DNA of 32,000 bases from assembly GCF_053903025.1 (NCBI RefSeq), contig NZ_AP045049.1; one strand, 5' to 3'. The position numbers and the translations under genes are program-made. Positions 1 through 10,941 of the stretch are shown here, piece after piece. The notes beneath the pieces are model-generated. The model was not told the DNA's origin. It did no database searches and saw only the letters and a program-made list of their open reading frames with translations. Each line of letters begins with the position of its first letter. Position 1 is the stretch's first letter.

Positions 1-1039
1 CTGGATGCAAAGCCTGCTGGAGCTGCAACAGAGCGCCGGTAGTTCGTTTGAATTTATCGAGAGCGTTAAATCCGATCTCTTCCCGGATGAGATTTACGTT
101 TTCACACCGGAAGGGCGCATTGTAGAGCTGCCTGCCGGTGCAACGCCCGTCGACTTCGCTTATGCGGTGCATACCGATATCGGTCATGCCTGCGTGGGCG
201 CGCGTGTCGACCGTCAGCCTTACCCGCTGTCGCAGCCGCTTACCAGCGGTCAAACCGTTGAAATCATTACCGCACCGGGCGCTCGCCCGAATGCCGCGTG
301 GCTGAACTTTGTCGTCAGCTCGAAAGCGCGCGCAAAAATTCGTCAGTTGCTGAAAAACCTCAAGCGTGATGATTCTGTTAGTCTGGGCCGTCGTCTGCTC
401 AACCATGCGTTGGGGGGTAGCCGTAAGCTCAATGAAATCCCGCAGGAAAATATTCAGCGCGAGCTGGATCGCATGAAGCTGGCTACGCTTGACGATCTGC
501 TGGCTGAAATCGGCCTTGGTAACGCAATGAGCGTGGTGGTCGCGAAAAATCTGCAACATGGGGACGCCTCCATTCCACCGGCAACCCAAAGTCACGGACA
601 TCTGCCCATTAAAGGTGCCGATGGCGTGCTGATCACCTTTGCGAAATGCTGCCGCCCTATTCCTGGCGACCCGATTATCGCCCACGTCAGCCCCGGTAAA
701 GGTCTGGTGATCCACCATGAATCCTGCCGTAACATCCGTGGCTACCAGAAAGAGCCAGAGAAGTTTATGGCTGTGGAATGGGATAAAGAGACGGCGCAGG
801 AGTTCATCACCGAAATCAAGGTGGAGATGTTCAATCATCAGGGCGCGCTGGCAAACCTGACAGCGGCAATTAACACCACCACCTCGAATATTCAAAGTTT
901 GAATACGGAAGAGAAAGATGGTCGCGTCTACAGCGCCTTTATTCGTCTGACCGCCCGTGACCGTGTGCATCTGGCGAATATCATGCGCAAAATCCGCGTG
1001 ATGCCAGACGTGATTAAAGTCACCCGAAACCGAAATTAA
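1..1039 (+). CDS. spoT: (p)ppGpp synthetase/hydrolase SpoT, C-terminal part (5' truncated by the window edge); TGS and ACT domains
   Basis: The frame is open to the left edge (codon TGG at 2-4 precedes the tracked Met). Protein contains the TGS segment DEIYVFTPEGRIVELPAGATPVDFAYAVHTDIGHACVGARVD and a C-terminal ACT region. Stop at 1037-1039. Followed by trmH-recG as in E. coli. Confidence 0.98.
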   Translation, partial: WMQSLLELQQSAGSSFEFIESVKSDLFPDEIYVFTPEGRIVELPAGATPVDFAYAVHTDIGHACVGARVDRQPYPLSQPLTSGQTVEIITAPGARPNAAWLNFVVSSKARAKIRQLLKNLKRDDSVSLGRRLLNHALGGSRKLNEIPQENIQRELDRMKLATLDDLLAEIGLGNAMSVVVAKNLQHGDASIPPATQSHGHLPIKGADGVLITFAKCCRPIPGDPIIAHVSPGKGLVIHHESCRNIRGYQKEPEKFMAVEWDKETAQEFITEIKVEMFNHQGALANLTAAINTTTSNIQSLNTEEKDGRVYSAFIRLTARDRVHLANIMRKIRVMPDVIKVTRNRN

Positions 1040-1045
1040 TGTTTT

Positions 1046-1735
1046 ATGAACCCAACACGTTATGCACGCATCTGCGAAATGCTCGCCAGGCGGCAGCCTG
1101 ATCTGACCGTCTGCATGGAGCAGGTCCACAAACCTCATAACGTTTCTGCGATTATTCGTACTGCAGATGCCGTTGGCGTACATGAAGTTCATGCTGTCTG
1201 GCCTGGCAGTCGGATGCGCACAATGGCTTCGGCTGCGGCTGGCAGCAACAGTTGGGTGCAGGTGAAAACGCACCGCACCATTGGCGATGCCGTCGCTCAT
1301 CTGAAAGGCCAGGGCATGCAGATTCTGGCAACCCATCTTTCTGATAACGCTGTCGATTTCCGCGAAATTGATTACACTCGCCCGACCTGTATTTTGATGG
1401 GACAGGAGAAAACAGGCATCACGCAGGAAGCGTTGGCCCTGGCGGATCGGGACATCATCATTCCGATGATTGGCATGGTGCAATCGCTGAATGTTTCCGT
1501 TGCCTCAGCCCTCATTCTTTACGAAGCCCAGCGCCAGCGGCAAAATGCGGGCATGTACCTGCGTGAAAACAGCATGTTGCCGGAAGCAGAGCAACAACGC
1601 CTGCTGTTTGAAGGCGGCTATCCGGTGCTGGCGAAAGTCGCAAAACGCAAAGGCCTGCCTTACCCCCACGTCAATCAGCAGGGCGAAATTGAAGCCGATG
1701 CCGACTGGTGGGCCACTATGCAAGCTGCAGGGTAA
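1046..1735 (+). CDS. trmH: tRNA (guanosine-18-2'-O)-methyltransferase, SpoU family
   Basis: 229 aa ORF MNPTRYARICEMLARRQPDLTVCMEQVHKPHNVSAIIRTADAVG with SPOUT motifs (ILMGQEKTGIT, IIPMIGMVQSLNVSVASALILYE); between spoT and recG. Confidence 0.97.
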   Translation: MNPTRYARICEMLARRQPDLTVCMEQVHKPHNVSAIIRTADAVGVHEVHAVWPGSRMRTMASAAAGSNSWVQVKTHRTIGDAVAHLKGQGMQILATHLSDNAVDFREIDYTRPTCILMGQEKTGITQEALALADRDIIIPMIGMVQSLNVSVASALILYEAQRQRQNAGMYLRENSMLPEAEQQRLLFEGGYPVLAKVAKRKGLPYPHVNQQGEIEADADWWATMQAAG

Positions 1736-1740
1736 GTACC

Positions 1741-3822
1741 ATGAAAGGTCGCCTGTTAGATGCTGTCCCGCTCAGTTCCCTAACGGGCGTTGGTGCAGCG
1801 CTTAGTAACAAGCTGGCGAAAATCAACCTGCATACCGTGCAGGATCTACTCTTACACCTTCCCCTGCGCTACGAAGATCGCACCCATCTCTACCCCATCG
1901 GAGAACTACTACCGGGCGTTTATGCCACGGTAGAAGGCGAAGTACTGAATTGCAATATCTCCTTCGGCGGTCGGCGGATGATGACCTGCCAGATCAGCGA
2001 CGGTTCCGGCATTCTCACCATGCGCTTTTTCAACTTCAACGCGGCAATGAAAAATAGCCTGGCGACGGGCCGCCGTGTACTGGCTTATGGCGAAGCAAAG
2101 CGCGGTAAATATGGTGCGGAGATGATCCACCCGGAATACCGCGTGCAGGGCGATCTCAGCACGCCAGAATTACAGGAAACGCTCACGCCGGTTTACCCAA
2201 CTACGGAAGGCGTAAAGCAGGCCACGCTGCGTAAATTAACCGATCAGGCGCTGGATCTGCTCGACACCTGCGCCATTGAAGAACTCCTGCCGCCGGAACT
2301 GTCACAAGGAATGATGACGCTACCGGAAGCGTTGCGCACTTTGCACCGCCCGCCGCCGACGCTACAGCTTAGCGATCTCGAAACCGGGCAGCATCCAGCA
2401 CAACGCCGTCTGATTCTGGAAGAACTGCTTGCGCACAACCTCAGCATGTTGGCGTTACGCGCTGGTGCACAACGTTTCCATGCCCAGCCGCTTAGCGCCA
2501 ATGACGCGCTGAAAAATAAACTCCTCGCAGCCTTACCGTTCAAGCCAACGGGCGCACAGGCACGCGTGGTGGCGGAGATCGAGCGCGATATGGCGCTGGA
2601 TGCGCCGATGATGCGCCTGGTACAGGGCGATGTAGGTTCCGGTAAAACGCTGGTCGCTGCCCTCGCCGCGCTGCGTGCGATTGCCCACGGCAAACAGGTG
2701 GCATTGATGGCACCAACCGAATTACTCGCCGAACAGCACGCCAATAACTTCCGCAACTGGTTTGCACCGCTCGGTATCGAAGTGGGCTGGCTCGCCGGTA
2801 AACAGAAAGGTAAAGCACGGCTGGCACAGCAGGAAGCCATCGCCAGCGGTCAGGTGCAGATGATTGTCGGAACACACGCCATCTTCCAGGAACAGGTGCA
2901 GTTTAACGGCCTGGCGCTGGTGATTATCGACGAACAGCATCGTTTTGGCGTGCATCAGCGTCTGGCGTTATGGGAGAAAGGCCAGCAGCAGGGCTTCCAT
3001 CCGCATCAGTTGATCATGACCGCGACGCCGATCCCCCGCACGCTGGCGATGACCGCGTATGCCGATCTCGATACCTCGGTGATAGATGAGCTGCCGCCAG
3101 GCCGCACGCCAGTGACGACAGTGGCAATCCCGGATACGCGTCGTAACGACATTATCGACCGCGTGCGCCACGCCTGTATGACTGAAGGGCGTCAGGCGTA
3201 CTGGGTGTGCACACTCATTGAAGAGTCAGAGTTACTGGAAGCGCAGGCGGCGGAAGCTACCTGGGAAGAGTTGAAACTGGCGCTACCAGAGTTGAATGTT
3301 GGTCTGGTACACGGACGGATGAAACCAGCCGAGAAGCAGGCCGTCATGGCATCATTTAAACAAGGCGAGTTACACCTGCTGGTTGCCACTACCGTTATTG
3401 AAGTCGGCGTTGATGTGCCTAACGCCAGCCTGATGATTATCGAAAACCCGGAGCGTCTGGGTCTGGCGCAGTTGCACCAGCTTCGCGGGCGTGTAGGTCG
3501 TGGTGCGGTGGCTTCTCACTGCGTGTTGCTCTACAAAACACCGCTCTCTAAAACGGCGCAAATTCGCCTGCAGGTACTGCGCGACAGCAACGACGGTTTT
3601 GTGATTGCACAGAAAGACTTAGAGATTCGCGGACCGGGTGAACTGTTAGGTACGCGTCAGACGGGTAATGCTGAGTTTAAAGTGGCGGATTTACTGCGCG
3701 ATCAGGCGATGATCCCGGAAGTTCAGCGCCTGGCGCGACATATTCACGAACGTTACCCACAACAGGCAAAAGCCCTGATAGAACGCTGGATGCCGGAGAC
3801 GGAACGTTACTCGAATGCGTAA
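1741..3822 (+). CDS. recG: ATP-dependent DNA helicase RecG
   Basis: Start placed at MKGRLLDAVPLSSLTG (693 aa) rather than the tracked upstream 1708 start. Helicase motifs GDVGSGKT, MAPTELLAEQH, IIDEQHRFG, MTATPIPRTLA, QLRGRVGRG. Confidence 0.98.
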   Translation: MKGRLLDAVPLSSLTGVGAALSNKLAKINLHTVQDLLLHLPLRYEDRTHLYPIGELLPGVYATVEGEVLNCNISFGGRRMMTCQISDGSGILTMRFFNFNAAMKNSLATGRRVLAYGEAKRGKYGAEMIHPEYRVQGDLSTPELQETLTPVYPTTEGVKQATLRKLTDQALDLLDTCAIEELLPPELSQGMMTLPEALRTLHRPPPTLQLSDLETGQHPAQRRLILEELLAHNLSMLALRAGAQRFHAQPLSANDALKNKLLAALPFKPTGAQARVVAEIERDMALDAPMMRLVQGDVGSGKTLVAALAALRAIAHGKQVALMAPTELLAEQHANNFRNWFAPLGIEVGWLAGKQKGKARLAQQEAIASGQVQMIVGTHAIFQEQVQFNGLALVIIDEQHRFGVHQRLALWEKGQQQGFHPHQLIMTATPIPRTLAMTAYADLDTSVIDELPPGRTPVTTVAIPDTRRNDIIDRVRHACMTEGRQAYWVCTLIEESELLEAQAAEATWEELKLALPELNVGLVHGRMKPAEKQAVMASFKQGELHLLVATTVIEVGVDVPNASLMIIENPERLGLAQLHQLRGRVGRGAVASHCVLLYKTPLSKTAQIRLQVLRDSNDGFVIAQKDLEIRGPGELLGTRQTGNAEFKVADLLRDQAMIPEVQRLARHIHERYPQQAKALIERWMPETERYSNA

Positions 3823-3823
3823 A

Positions 3824-3849
3824 AGGCGGCGGTGAGAAGACCGCCGCTT
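3824..3849. terminator. Hairpin between convergent recG and gltS, likely terminator
   Basis: Inverted repeat GCGGCGGT-gagaag-ACCGCCGC (8 bp perfect plus GU and AT pairs). On the minus strand it is followed by TTTT. Confidence 0.75.
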
Positions 3850-3855
3850 CATCGG

Positions 3856-5061
3856 TTAACCGGCAAAAATCGGCAACATTAAATACAGCTTAATCACCAG
3901 CGCGTTAACGATATCAATAAAGAACGCACCGACCATCGGCACTACCAGGAACGCCATGTGCGACGGGCCAAAACGTTCAGTGATCGCCTGCATGTTGGCG
4001 ATTGCCGTTGGCGTTGCACCGAGGCCAAAACCACAATGACCCGCAGCCAGCACTGCCGCATCGTAGTTTTTGCCCATCATGCGCCAGGTAACGAAGATGG
4101 CATACAACGCCATGAAGATGGTCTGTACCACCAGAATCGCCAGCATCGGCAGCGCCAGCGAAGCCAGCTCCCATAGTTTCAGCCCCATCAGCGCCATCGC
4201 CAGGAACAACGACAGGCTTACGTTACCAAGCACGGATACCGCACGCTCAAAGACGCGGTAAAAGCCCATCATTGACAGACCGTTGCTCAGAATCACGCCA
4301 ACAAACAGTACACAGACGAAGGTCGGCAGTTCAAAAGCAGTGCCAGCCAAAAGTTGCGCAACAATTTTCCCCACCGTCAGGCAGATAGCAATCAGCGCGA
4401 TAGTTTCAATCAGCACCAGCGAGGTGATCATGCGGCCCACATCCGGCTTTTCGAACGCCGTCGGGACTTCCTGGTCATCCGGAATACCGTTCGGCGTGGT
4501 GGAGTGTTTCACCAGATAGCGCGCTACCGGACCGCCAATCAAGCCGCCCAGCACCAGACCAAACGTCGCACAGGCCATCGCCACTTCCGTCGCATTGGTG
4601 AAGCCATAACGTTCAATGAACAATTTACTCCATGCTGCTCCCGTACCGTGACCGCCGGAAAGCGTAATAGAACCGGCCAGCAGCCCCATCAGCGGATCAA
4701 GCCCTAACAGGCTAGCCATACCAATGCCAATGGCATTTTGCATCACCAACAGACCAACAACCACAATCAAGAAGATGCCAACCACACGCCCACCGGCACG
4801 CAAACTGGCAATGTTGGCGTTCAGGCCAATGGTGGCGAAGAATGCCAGCATTAACGGATCGCGCAGGGACATATCAAAGTTGACTTCCCAGCCCATGCTT
4901 TTTTTCAGTACCAGTAGCGCCAGCGCCACCAACAAACCACCCGCAACTGGTTCCGGTATGGTGTATTTCTTCAAAAAGGAGACGGAATGGACCAACTTAC
5001 GCCCGAGCAGCAACGTCAGCGTTGCGGCAACAAGCGTTGCTAAAGTATCGAGATGAAACAT
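3856..5061 (-). CDS. gltS: Sodium/glutamate symporter
   Basis: 401 aa ORF MFHLDTLATLVAATLTLLLGRKLVHSVSFLKKYTIPEPVAGG, polytopic membrane protein with GGHGTGAAW motif; convergent with recG as in E. coli. Confidence 0.97.
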   Translation of the reverse strand: MFHLDTLATLVAATLTLLLGRKLVHSVSFLKKYTIPEPVAGGLLVALALLVLKKSMGWEVNFDMSLRDPLMLAFFATIGLNANIASLRAGGRVVGIFLIVVVGLLVMQNAIGIGMASLLGLDPLMGLLAGSITLSGGHGTGAAWSKLFIERYGFTNATEVAMACATFGLVLGGLIGGPVARYLVKHSTTPNGIPDDQEVPTAFEKPDVGRMITSLVLIETIALIAICLTVGKIVAQLLAGTAFELPTFVCVLFVGVILSNGLSMMGFYRVFERAVSVLGNVSLSLFLAMALMGLKLWELASLALPMLAILVVQTIFMALYAIFVTWRMMGKNYDAAVLAAGHCGFGLGATPTAIANMQAITERFGPSHMAFLVVPMVGAFFIDIVNALVIKLYLMLPIFAG

Positions 5062-5271
5062 AGTTACTCCTTTGTATCCGCATCACTCTTTCATACTCGT
5101 CATACTTCATCGCGCAGTGGCAACTTATGAACTATGACGGGTATCGAGTTATGCTTTCCTGGGTCAAATTCTCAGCTGTTAATGAACAAATGGCATGGAT
5201 TTTAAGCAGAAAAATACCAAAAGTTATATAAAAAAGTGCATTTATCTCATTTAAATATTTAGATGAGGATG

Positions 5272-5287
5272 TGGCAAACGTTTGCTT
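5272..5287. promoter_or_regulatory. PurR-like operator upstream of xanP
   Basis: Sequence tgGCAAACGTTTGCtt contains the perfect 12 bp palindrome GCAAACGTTTGC at 5274-5285, close to the PurR consensus ACGCAAACGTTTGCGT. It lies about 55 bp upstream of the xanP start. Confidence 0.65.
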
Positions 5288-5339
5288 TTATCTTTCGGTC
5301 AGCTAAAATGCCCGCTTTGCTACCACGGGATTGTTTTCG

Positions 5340-6731
5340 ATGTCTGTTTCCACCCTCGAGTCAGAAAATGCGCAACCGGTTGCGCAGACTCAAAACAGCG
5401 AACTGATTTACCGTCTTGAAGATCGTCCGCCGCTTCCTCAAACTCTGTTTGCCGCCTGTCAGCATCTGCTGGCGATGTTCGTTGCGGTGATCACGCCAGC
5501 GCTATTAATCTGCCAGGCGCTGGGTTTACCGGCACAAGACACGCAACACATTATTAGTATGTCGCTGTTTGCCTCCGGTGTGGCATCGATTATTCAAATT
5601 AAGGCCTGGGGTCCGGTTGGCTCCGGGCTGTTGTCTATTCAGGGCACCAGCTTCAACTTTGTTGCCCCGCTGATTATGGGCGGTACCGCGCTGAAAACCG
5701 GTGGTGCTGATGTTCCTACCATGATGGCGGCTTTGTTCGGCACGTTGATGCTGGCAAGTTGCACCGAGATGGTGATCTCCCGTGTTCTGCATCTGGCGCG
5801 CCGCATTATTACGCCGCTGGTTTCTGGCGTTGTGGTGATGATTATCGGCCTGTCGCTAATTCAGGTGGGGCTAACATCCATTGGCGGCGGTTACGCAGCC
5901 ATGAGCGATAACACCTTCGGCGCACCGAAAAATCTGTTGCTGGCAGGCGTGGTCTTAGCCTTAATTATCCTGCTTAACCGTCAACGTAACCCATATTTGC
6001 GCGTGGCCTCACTGGTGATTGCGATGGCGGCCGGATATGCGCTGGCGTGGTTTATGGGCATGTTGCCAGAAAGCAACGAACCGATGACGCAAGAACTGAT
6101 TATGGTACCAACGCCGCTCTATTACGGCCTTGGCATTGAATGGAGTCTGCTGCTGCCGCTGATGCTGGTCTTTATGATCACTTCGCTGGAAACCATTGGC
6201 GATATCACGGCGACCTCTGACGTTTCCGAACAGCCAGTGTCCGGTCCGCTGTACATGAAACGCCTGAAAGGCGGCGTGCTGGCAAACGGCCTGAACTCGT
6301 TTGTTTCGGCGGTATTTAACACCTTCCCGAACTCCTGCTTCGGGCAGAACAACGGTGTGATCCAGTTGACCGGTGTTGCCAGCCGCTATGTCGGTTTTGT
6401 CGTCGCGCTGATGTTGATCGTGCTGGGTCTCTTCCCGGCGGTGAGCGGTTTTGTACAACATATTCCAGAACCGGTTCTGGGCGGCGCAACGCTTGTAATG
6501 TTTGGCACCATCGCCGCCTCCGGTGTGCGCATTGTGTCTCGTGAGCCGCTGAACCGTCGGGCGATTCTGATTATCGCGCTGTCGCTGGCGGTCGGTCTGG
6601 GCGTGTCTCAGCAGCCGCTGATTTTGCAGTTTGCCCCTGAATGGCTGAAAAACCTGCTCTCCTCCGGGATCGCCGCGGGCGGTATTACTGCCATCGTGCT
6701 GAATCTGATTTTCCCACCAGAAAAACAGTAA
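5340..6731 (+). CDS. xanP: Xanthine permease (NCS2 family)
   Basis: 463 aa from [36 protein letters not shown] (tracked start 5331 is a TTG; ATG at 5340). NCS2 motif [26 protein letters not shown]. Confidence 0.96.
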
Positions 6732-6738
6732 TTCACTG

Positions 6739-6763
6739 GCGGCGGTAAGATAATTACCGCCGC
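6739..6763 (+). terminator. Probable terminator after xanP
   Basis: Inverted repeat GCGGCGGTAA-gataa-TTACCGCCGC, 10 bp perfect stem, just downstream of the stop codon. Confidence 0.65.
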
Positions 6764-6851
6764 AGTCTCACCTCTTTCACCATTCCCGCCTTGAGGATTG
6801 CGCGTAAATCGTGCATAACTCCCTTATGTGCATTTCACGGGATGGAAGACC

Positions 6852-8561
6852 ATGAAATTTATTGGGAAGCTGCTTCTCTACATTCTCATCGCTCTGTTAG
6901 TGGTGATCGCTGGCCTCTATTTTCTTCTGCAAACCCGCTGGGGAGCAGAACATATCAGCGCATGGGTTTCCGAAAATAGTGACTATCATCTGGCCTTCGG
7001 GGCGATGGATCACCGTTTTTCCGCGCCATCTCATATCGTGCTGGAGAACGTCACGTTTGGTCGTGATGGTCAGCCCGCGACCCTGGTGGCCAAAAGTGTC
7101 GACATTGCGCTAAGCAGTCGCCAACTGACCGAATCACGCCATGTCGATACCATCCTGCTGGAAAACGGGACGCTGAATCTCACCGACCAGACCGCGCCGC
7201 TACCGTTCAAAGCCGATCGTCTGCAACTGCGTGATATGGCGTTTAATAGCCCGAATAGCGAATGGAAACTGAGCGCGCAGCGGGTAAATGGCGGCGTGGT
7301 TCCGTGGTCACCAGAAGCCGGTAAAGTGCTGGGTACGAAGGCGCAGATTCAGTTTAGTGCCGGATCGCTTTCGCTCAATGATGTTCCTGCCACCAATGTA
7401 CTGATTGAAGGCAGTATTGATAACGATCGCGTTACGCTGACTAACCTGGGTGCCGACATCGCCCGCGGGACATTAACCGGAAACGCGCAGCGTAACGCCG
7501 ACGGCAGCTGGCAAGTGGAAAATCTGCGCATGGCGGATATCCGTCTACAAAGCGAAAAATCGCTAACCGACTTCTTTGCGCCATTACTCTCTGTCCCGTC
7601 GTTGCAGATTGGTCGCCTGGAAGTCATCGACGCTCGCCTGCAAGGTCCGGACTGGGCGGTGACCGACCTCGATCTCAGCTTGCGCAACATGACCTTCAGT
7701 AAAGATGACTGGCAGACACAGGAAGGCAAACTGTCGATGAACGCTAGCGAGTTCATTTATGGTTCGCTGCATTTATTTGACCCGATTATAAACGCGGAAT
7801 TTTCCCCGCAGGGCGTAGCGCTGCGCCAGTTCACCAGCCGCTGGGAAGGGGGCATGGTCAGAACGTCCGGAAACTGGCTGCGCAACGGGAAAACGTTGAT
7901 CCTTGATGATGCGGCAATTGCCGGACTGGAATATACCTTGCCAAAAAACTGGCAACAGTTGTGGATGGAAACGACACCGGGTTGGTTAAACAGCCTGCAA
8001 CTGAAGAGATTTAGCGCCAGCCGCAATCTGATCATTGATATCGACCCTGACTTCCCGTGGCAGCTCACCGCGCTCGATGGTTACGGTGCCAACCTGACGC
8101 TGGTTACCGATCATAAATGGGGCGTCTGGAGTGGTTCGGCGAATCTGAATGCCGCCGCCGCGACATTCAATCGTGTTGATGTTCGTCGCCCATCGCTGGC
8201 GCTGACCGCCAACAGCAGCACGGTGAATATCAGCGAACTGAGTGCATTTACTGAAAAAGGCATTCTGGAAGCCACCGCCAGTGTTTCACAAACGCCACAA
8301 CGTCAGACCCATATCAGCCTGAATGGACGCGGTGTGCCGGTGAATATTTTGCAACAGTGGGGATGGCCTGAATTACCGTTGACTGGCGACGGCAATATTC
8401 AGCTTACCGCCAGCGGCGATATTCAGGCCAATATCCCGCTGAAACCTACGGTTATCGGGCAACTCCATGCCGTGAACGCCGCAAAGCAGCAAGTGACTCA
8501 AACCATGAATGCGGGCGTCGTTTCCAGTGGTGAAGTTACGTCGACGGAGCCGGTGCAGTAA
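6852..8561 (+). CDS. yicH: AsmA-family inner-membrane-anchored protein YicH
   Basis: 569 aa from MKFIGKLLLYILIALLVVIAGLYFLLQTRWGAEHISAW (the tracked 6828 start adds 8 aa). N-terminal TM helix and AsmA-like repeats. Confidence 0.92.
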   Translation: MKFIGKLLLYILIALLVVIAGLYFLLQTRWGAEHISAWVSENSDYHLAFGAMDHRFSAPSHIVLENVTFGRDGQPATLVAKSVDIALSSRQLTESRHVDTILLENGTLNLTDQTAPLPFKADRLQLRDMAFNSPNSEWKLSAQRVNGGVVPWSPEAGKVLGTKAQIQFSAGSLSLNDVPATNVLIEGSIDNDRVTLTNLGADIARGTLTGNAQRNADGSWQVENLRMADIRLQSEKSLTDFFAPLLSVPSLQIGRLEVIDARLQGPDWAVTDLDLSLRNMTFSKDDWQTQEGKLSMNASEFIYGSLHLFDPIINAEFSPQGVALRQFTSRWEGGMVRTSGNWLRNGKTLILDDAAIAGLEYTLPKNWQQLWMETTPGWLNSLQLKRFSASRNLIIDIDPDFPWQLTALDGYGANLTLVTDHKWGVWSGSANLNAAAATFNRVDVRRPSLALTANSSTVNISELSAFTEKGILEATASVSQTPQRQTHISLNGRGVPVNILQQWGWPELPLTGDGNIQLTASGDIQANIPLKPTVIGQLHAVNAAKQQVTQTMNAGVVSSGEVTSTEPVQ

Positions 8562-8572
8562 AAATCAATCTC

Positions 8573-8599
8573 GCCGGGTACGACTCAGACGTACCCGGC
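8573..8599. terminator. Hairpin between convergent yicH and yicI
   Basis: GCCGGGTACG-actcaga-CGTACCCGGC, 10 bp perfect stem. Confidence 0.65.
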
Positions 8600-8613
8600 A
8601 TTCCGTCAATAGA

Positions 8614-10932
8614 TTACAACGTAATTGTCAGCGCATTCCCTTGAGGCGTCACCACCAGCCCCTGCTCACTTTCAGCCTGCGAACCGCCTTGCAGACCATT
8701 TACTTTCACAACATTGCGCAAGCACAGTGTCCAGTTCTTCGCCTCGCCCGCACCAGTCACAGTAATCGTGTTACCAGTACGTGTTGCTTTTAGAGTAAAG
8801 ATCACCGAACCGTCAGCAGCGGGCACTTCACAAAGAGCTTCATGCCCGTCTTGCAGATTAAAGAGATGGAATGCCGTGCCTTCGTGCCACGCGTAATCGG
8901 GACGTTGCTCGTTGTTGCCCAGCGCCAGTAGGGTGTTATCACGCACATAAACGGGCAGACTCAGGAAGCTGTGCTGCTGTTTATGCCAGCGACTACCATC
9001 GAGTTCATCGTTGTGCCACAGATGTGTCCAGCGACCTTCCGGCAAGTAGAACTGCACATCGCCCGCTTCAGTGAACACCGGAGCAACCATCACGTTGTCG
9101 CCTAACATGTATTGACGGTCAAGGTAATCACAAGCCGGATCGTCCGGGAACTCCATCATCATGGCCCGCATCATCGGCGTACCCCGCGCGTTCGCACGAG
9201 CAGCTTCACGATACAGATACGGCATCATGCGGCATTTCAGTTGCGTGAAGAAGCGCACCACATCACAGGACTCATCATCATAGGCCCACGGCACACGATA
9301 AGATTTGCTGCCATGTAAACGGCTATGGCTGGAGAGCAAACCAAACGCGCACCAGCGTTTGTAAACGTGCGCCGGAGCGGTATTCTCAAAGCCGCCGATA
9401 TCGTGGCTCCAGAAGCCAAAACCTGAAAGGCCAATAGACAAACCACCGCGCAGGCTTTCCGCCATTGATTCGTAGTTAGCGTAACAGTCGCCACCCCAGT
9501 GTACCGGGAATTTCTGCGCACCAACGGAGGCCGAGCGAGCAAACAAGACGGCTTCTTCCTGGCCAACGGTTTCCTTGAGCACGTTCCACACCAGTTCGTT
9601 GTAGATGTACGCATAATGGTTATGCATTTTCTGCGGATCGGAACCGTCAAACCATTGAACATCGGTTGGAATACGTTCGCCAAAGTCAGTCTTAAAGCAA
9701 TCAACGCCCATCGCGACCAGACCTTTCAGTTTGTCGGCGTACCATTTGCAGGCATCCGGATTGGTAAAGTCATAAATCGCCAGACCTGGCTGCCATTTAT
9801 CCCACTGCCACAGCGAACCGTCCGGGCGTTTGAGTAAATAGCCTTTCTCTTGTAACTCTTTAAAGACAGGGGATTTTTGCCCGATATAGGGGTTAATCCA
9901 GACGCAGATTTTCAGCCCTTTCGCTTTCAGGCGGCGGATCATCCCTTCCGGGTCCGGGAAAGTCAGCGGGTCCCACTCAAAATCGCACCACTGGAAGGCT
10001 TTCATCCAGAAACAGTCAAAGTGGAAAACATGCAGTGGCAGATTGCGTTCCGCCATACCATCGATAAAGCTGTTTACCGTCGCTTCGTCGTAGTTGGTGG
10101 TAAATGAAGTGGTTAGCCACAGACCGAAGGACCACGCGGGCGGCAGCGCCGGACGACCAGTAAAACGGGTATAACGATCAAGTACCGCTTTCGGCGTCGG
10201 GCCGTCGATAACAAAGTATTCGAGATATTCACTCTCAACGCTGAACTGCACTTTGGAGACTTTCTCCGCTCCCACTTCAAAAGAGACGCATTGAGGATGA
10301 TTGACCAGTACCCCATAACCACGGTTAGTCATATAGAACGGGATATTTTTATACGCCTGTTCAGTACTTGTGCCGCCGTCCCGGTTCCAGGTCTCTACCG
10401 TCTGGCCATTGCGCACCAGGGCAGTAAAGCGCTCACCCAGACCGTAAACTGTTTCGCCAACGCCAAGATCCAGCCGCTCAAACATATAATTTCGTTGATT
10501 ATTCGTGTCCTGCACGTAGCCATTATTTTTCACCTGACTACCGGTAATACGTTCGCCGTTGCGCAGAAAATCCAGTGACCAGAACTCACCTTTGCTGACA
10601 CGCGCGCTTAAGTTGCCACTTTTAAACTCAGCGTAACGTTCTGTGTTTTCGATTGTGACCTTCACGTCCTGCAAAATATTGAGCGGATAATGAGGACCGT
10701 TATTCAGCGCCCCCTGAAAATGCTCAATCCGTACACCGACAATACCTTCCTGTGGGGAGAAAAAGCGCAGCGTAAATAAAGGCGTATCAAGCTGCCAGGT
10801 TCGTTCACGCACATCACGGGGGGCAGCATAGACCACCATTTCATTACCCTGCTGTTCAACCTCGAACACCTGAAGCGGGTGAATCAAATTGAGGCCAGGT
10901 TGAATCAACCAGTTTCCATCGCTAATTTTCAT
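8614..10932 (-). CDS. yicI: Alpha-xylosidase, glycoside hydrolase family 31
   Basis: 772 aa [31 protein letters not shown]; GH31 signatures [17 protein letters not shown] and [14 protein letters not shown]. Confidence 0.97.
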   Translation of the reverse strand: MKISDGNWLIQPGLNLIHPLQVFEVEQQGNEMVVYAAPRDVRERTWQLDTPLFTLRFFSPQEGIVGVRIEHFQGALNNGPHYPLNILQDVKVTIENTERYAEFKSGNLSARVSKGEFWSLDFLRNGERITGSQVKNNGYVQDTNNQRNYMFERLDLGVGETVYGLGERFTALVRNGQTVETWNRDGGTSTEQAYKNIPFYMTNRGYGVLVNHPQCVSFEVGAEKVSKVQFSVESEYLEYFVIDGPTPKAVLDRYTRFTGRPALPPAWSFGLWLTTSFTTNYDEATVNSFIDGMAERNLPLHVFHFDCFWMKAFQWCDFEWDPLTFPDPEGMIRRLKAKGLKICVWINPYIGQKSPVFKELQEKGYLLKRPDGSLWQWDKWQPGLAIYDFTNPDACKWYADKLKGLVAMGVDCFKTDFGERIPTDVQWFDGSDPQKMHNHYAYIYNELVWNVLKETVGQEEAVLFARSASVGAQKFPVHWGGDCYANYESMAESLRGGLSIGLSGFGFWSHDIGGFENTAPAHVYKRWCAFGLLSSHSRLHGSKSYRVPWAYDDESCDVVRFFTQLKCRMMPYLYREAARANARGTPMMRAMMMEFPDDPACDYLDRQYMLGDNVMVAPVFTEAGDVQFYLPEGRWTHLWHNDELDGSRWHKQQHSFLSLPVYVRDNTLLALGNNEQRPDYAWHEGTAFHLFNLQDGHEALCEVPAADGSVIFTLKATRTGNTITVTGAGEAKNWTLCLRNVVKVNGLQGGSQAESEQGLVVTPQGNALTITL

Positions 10933-10941
10933 TGCCGTTCC

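Noticed and set aside
2244-2955. Minus-strand ORFs 2244-2840, 2540-2875, 2722-2955 inside recG
   Set aside because: Fully antisense to conserved recG with no family resemblance.
3958-5056. Plus-strand ORFs 3958-4176, 4283-4519, 4354-4707, 4724-5056 inside gltS
   Set aside because: Antisense to gltS; no domain or start-site support.
9237-9704. ORFs 9237-9704 (-), 9499-9837 (+), 9877-10107 (+) and 10291-10578 (+) within yicI
   Set aside because: Out-of-frame or antisense readings of a conserved GH31 gene.
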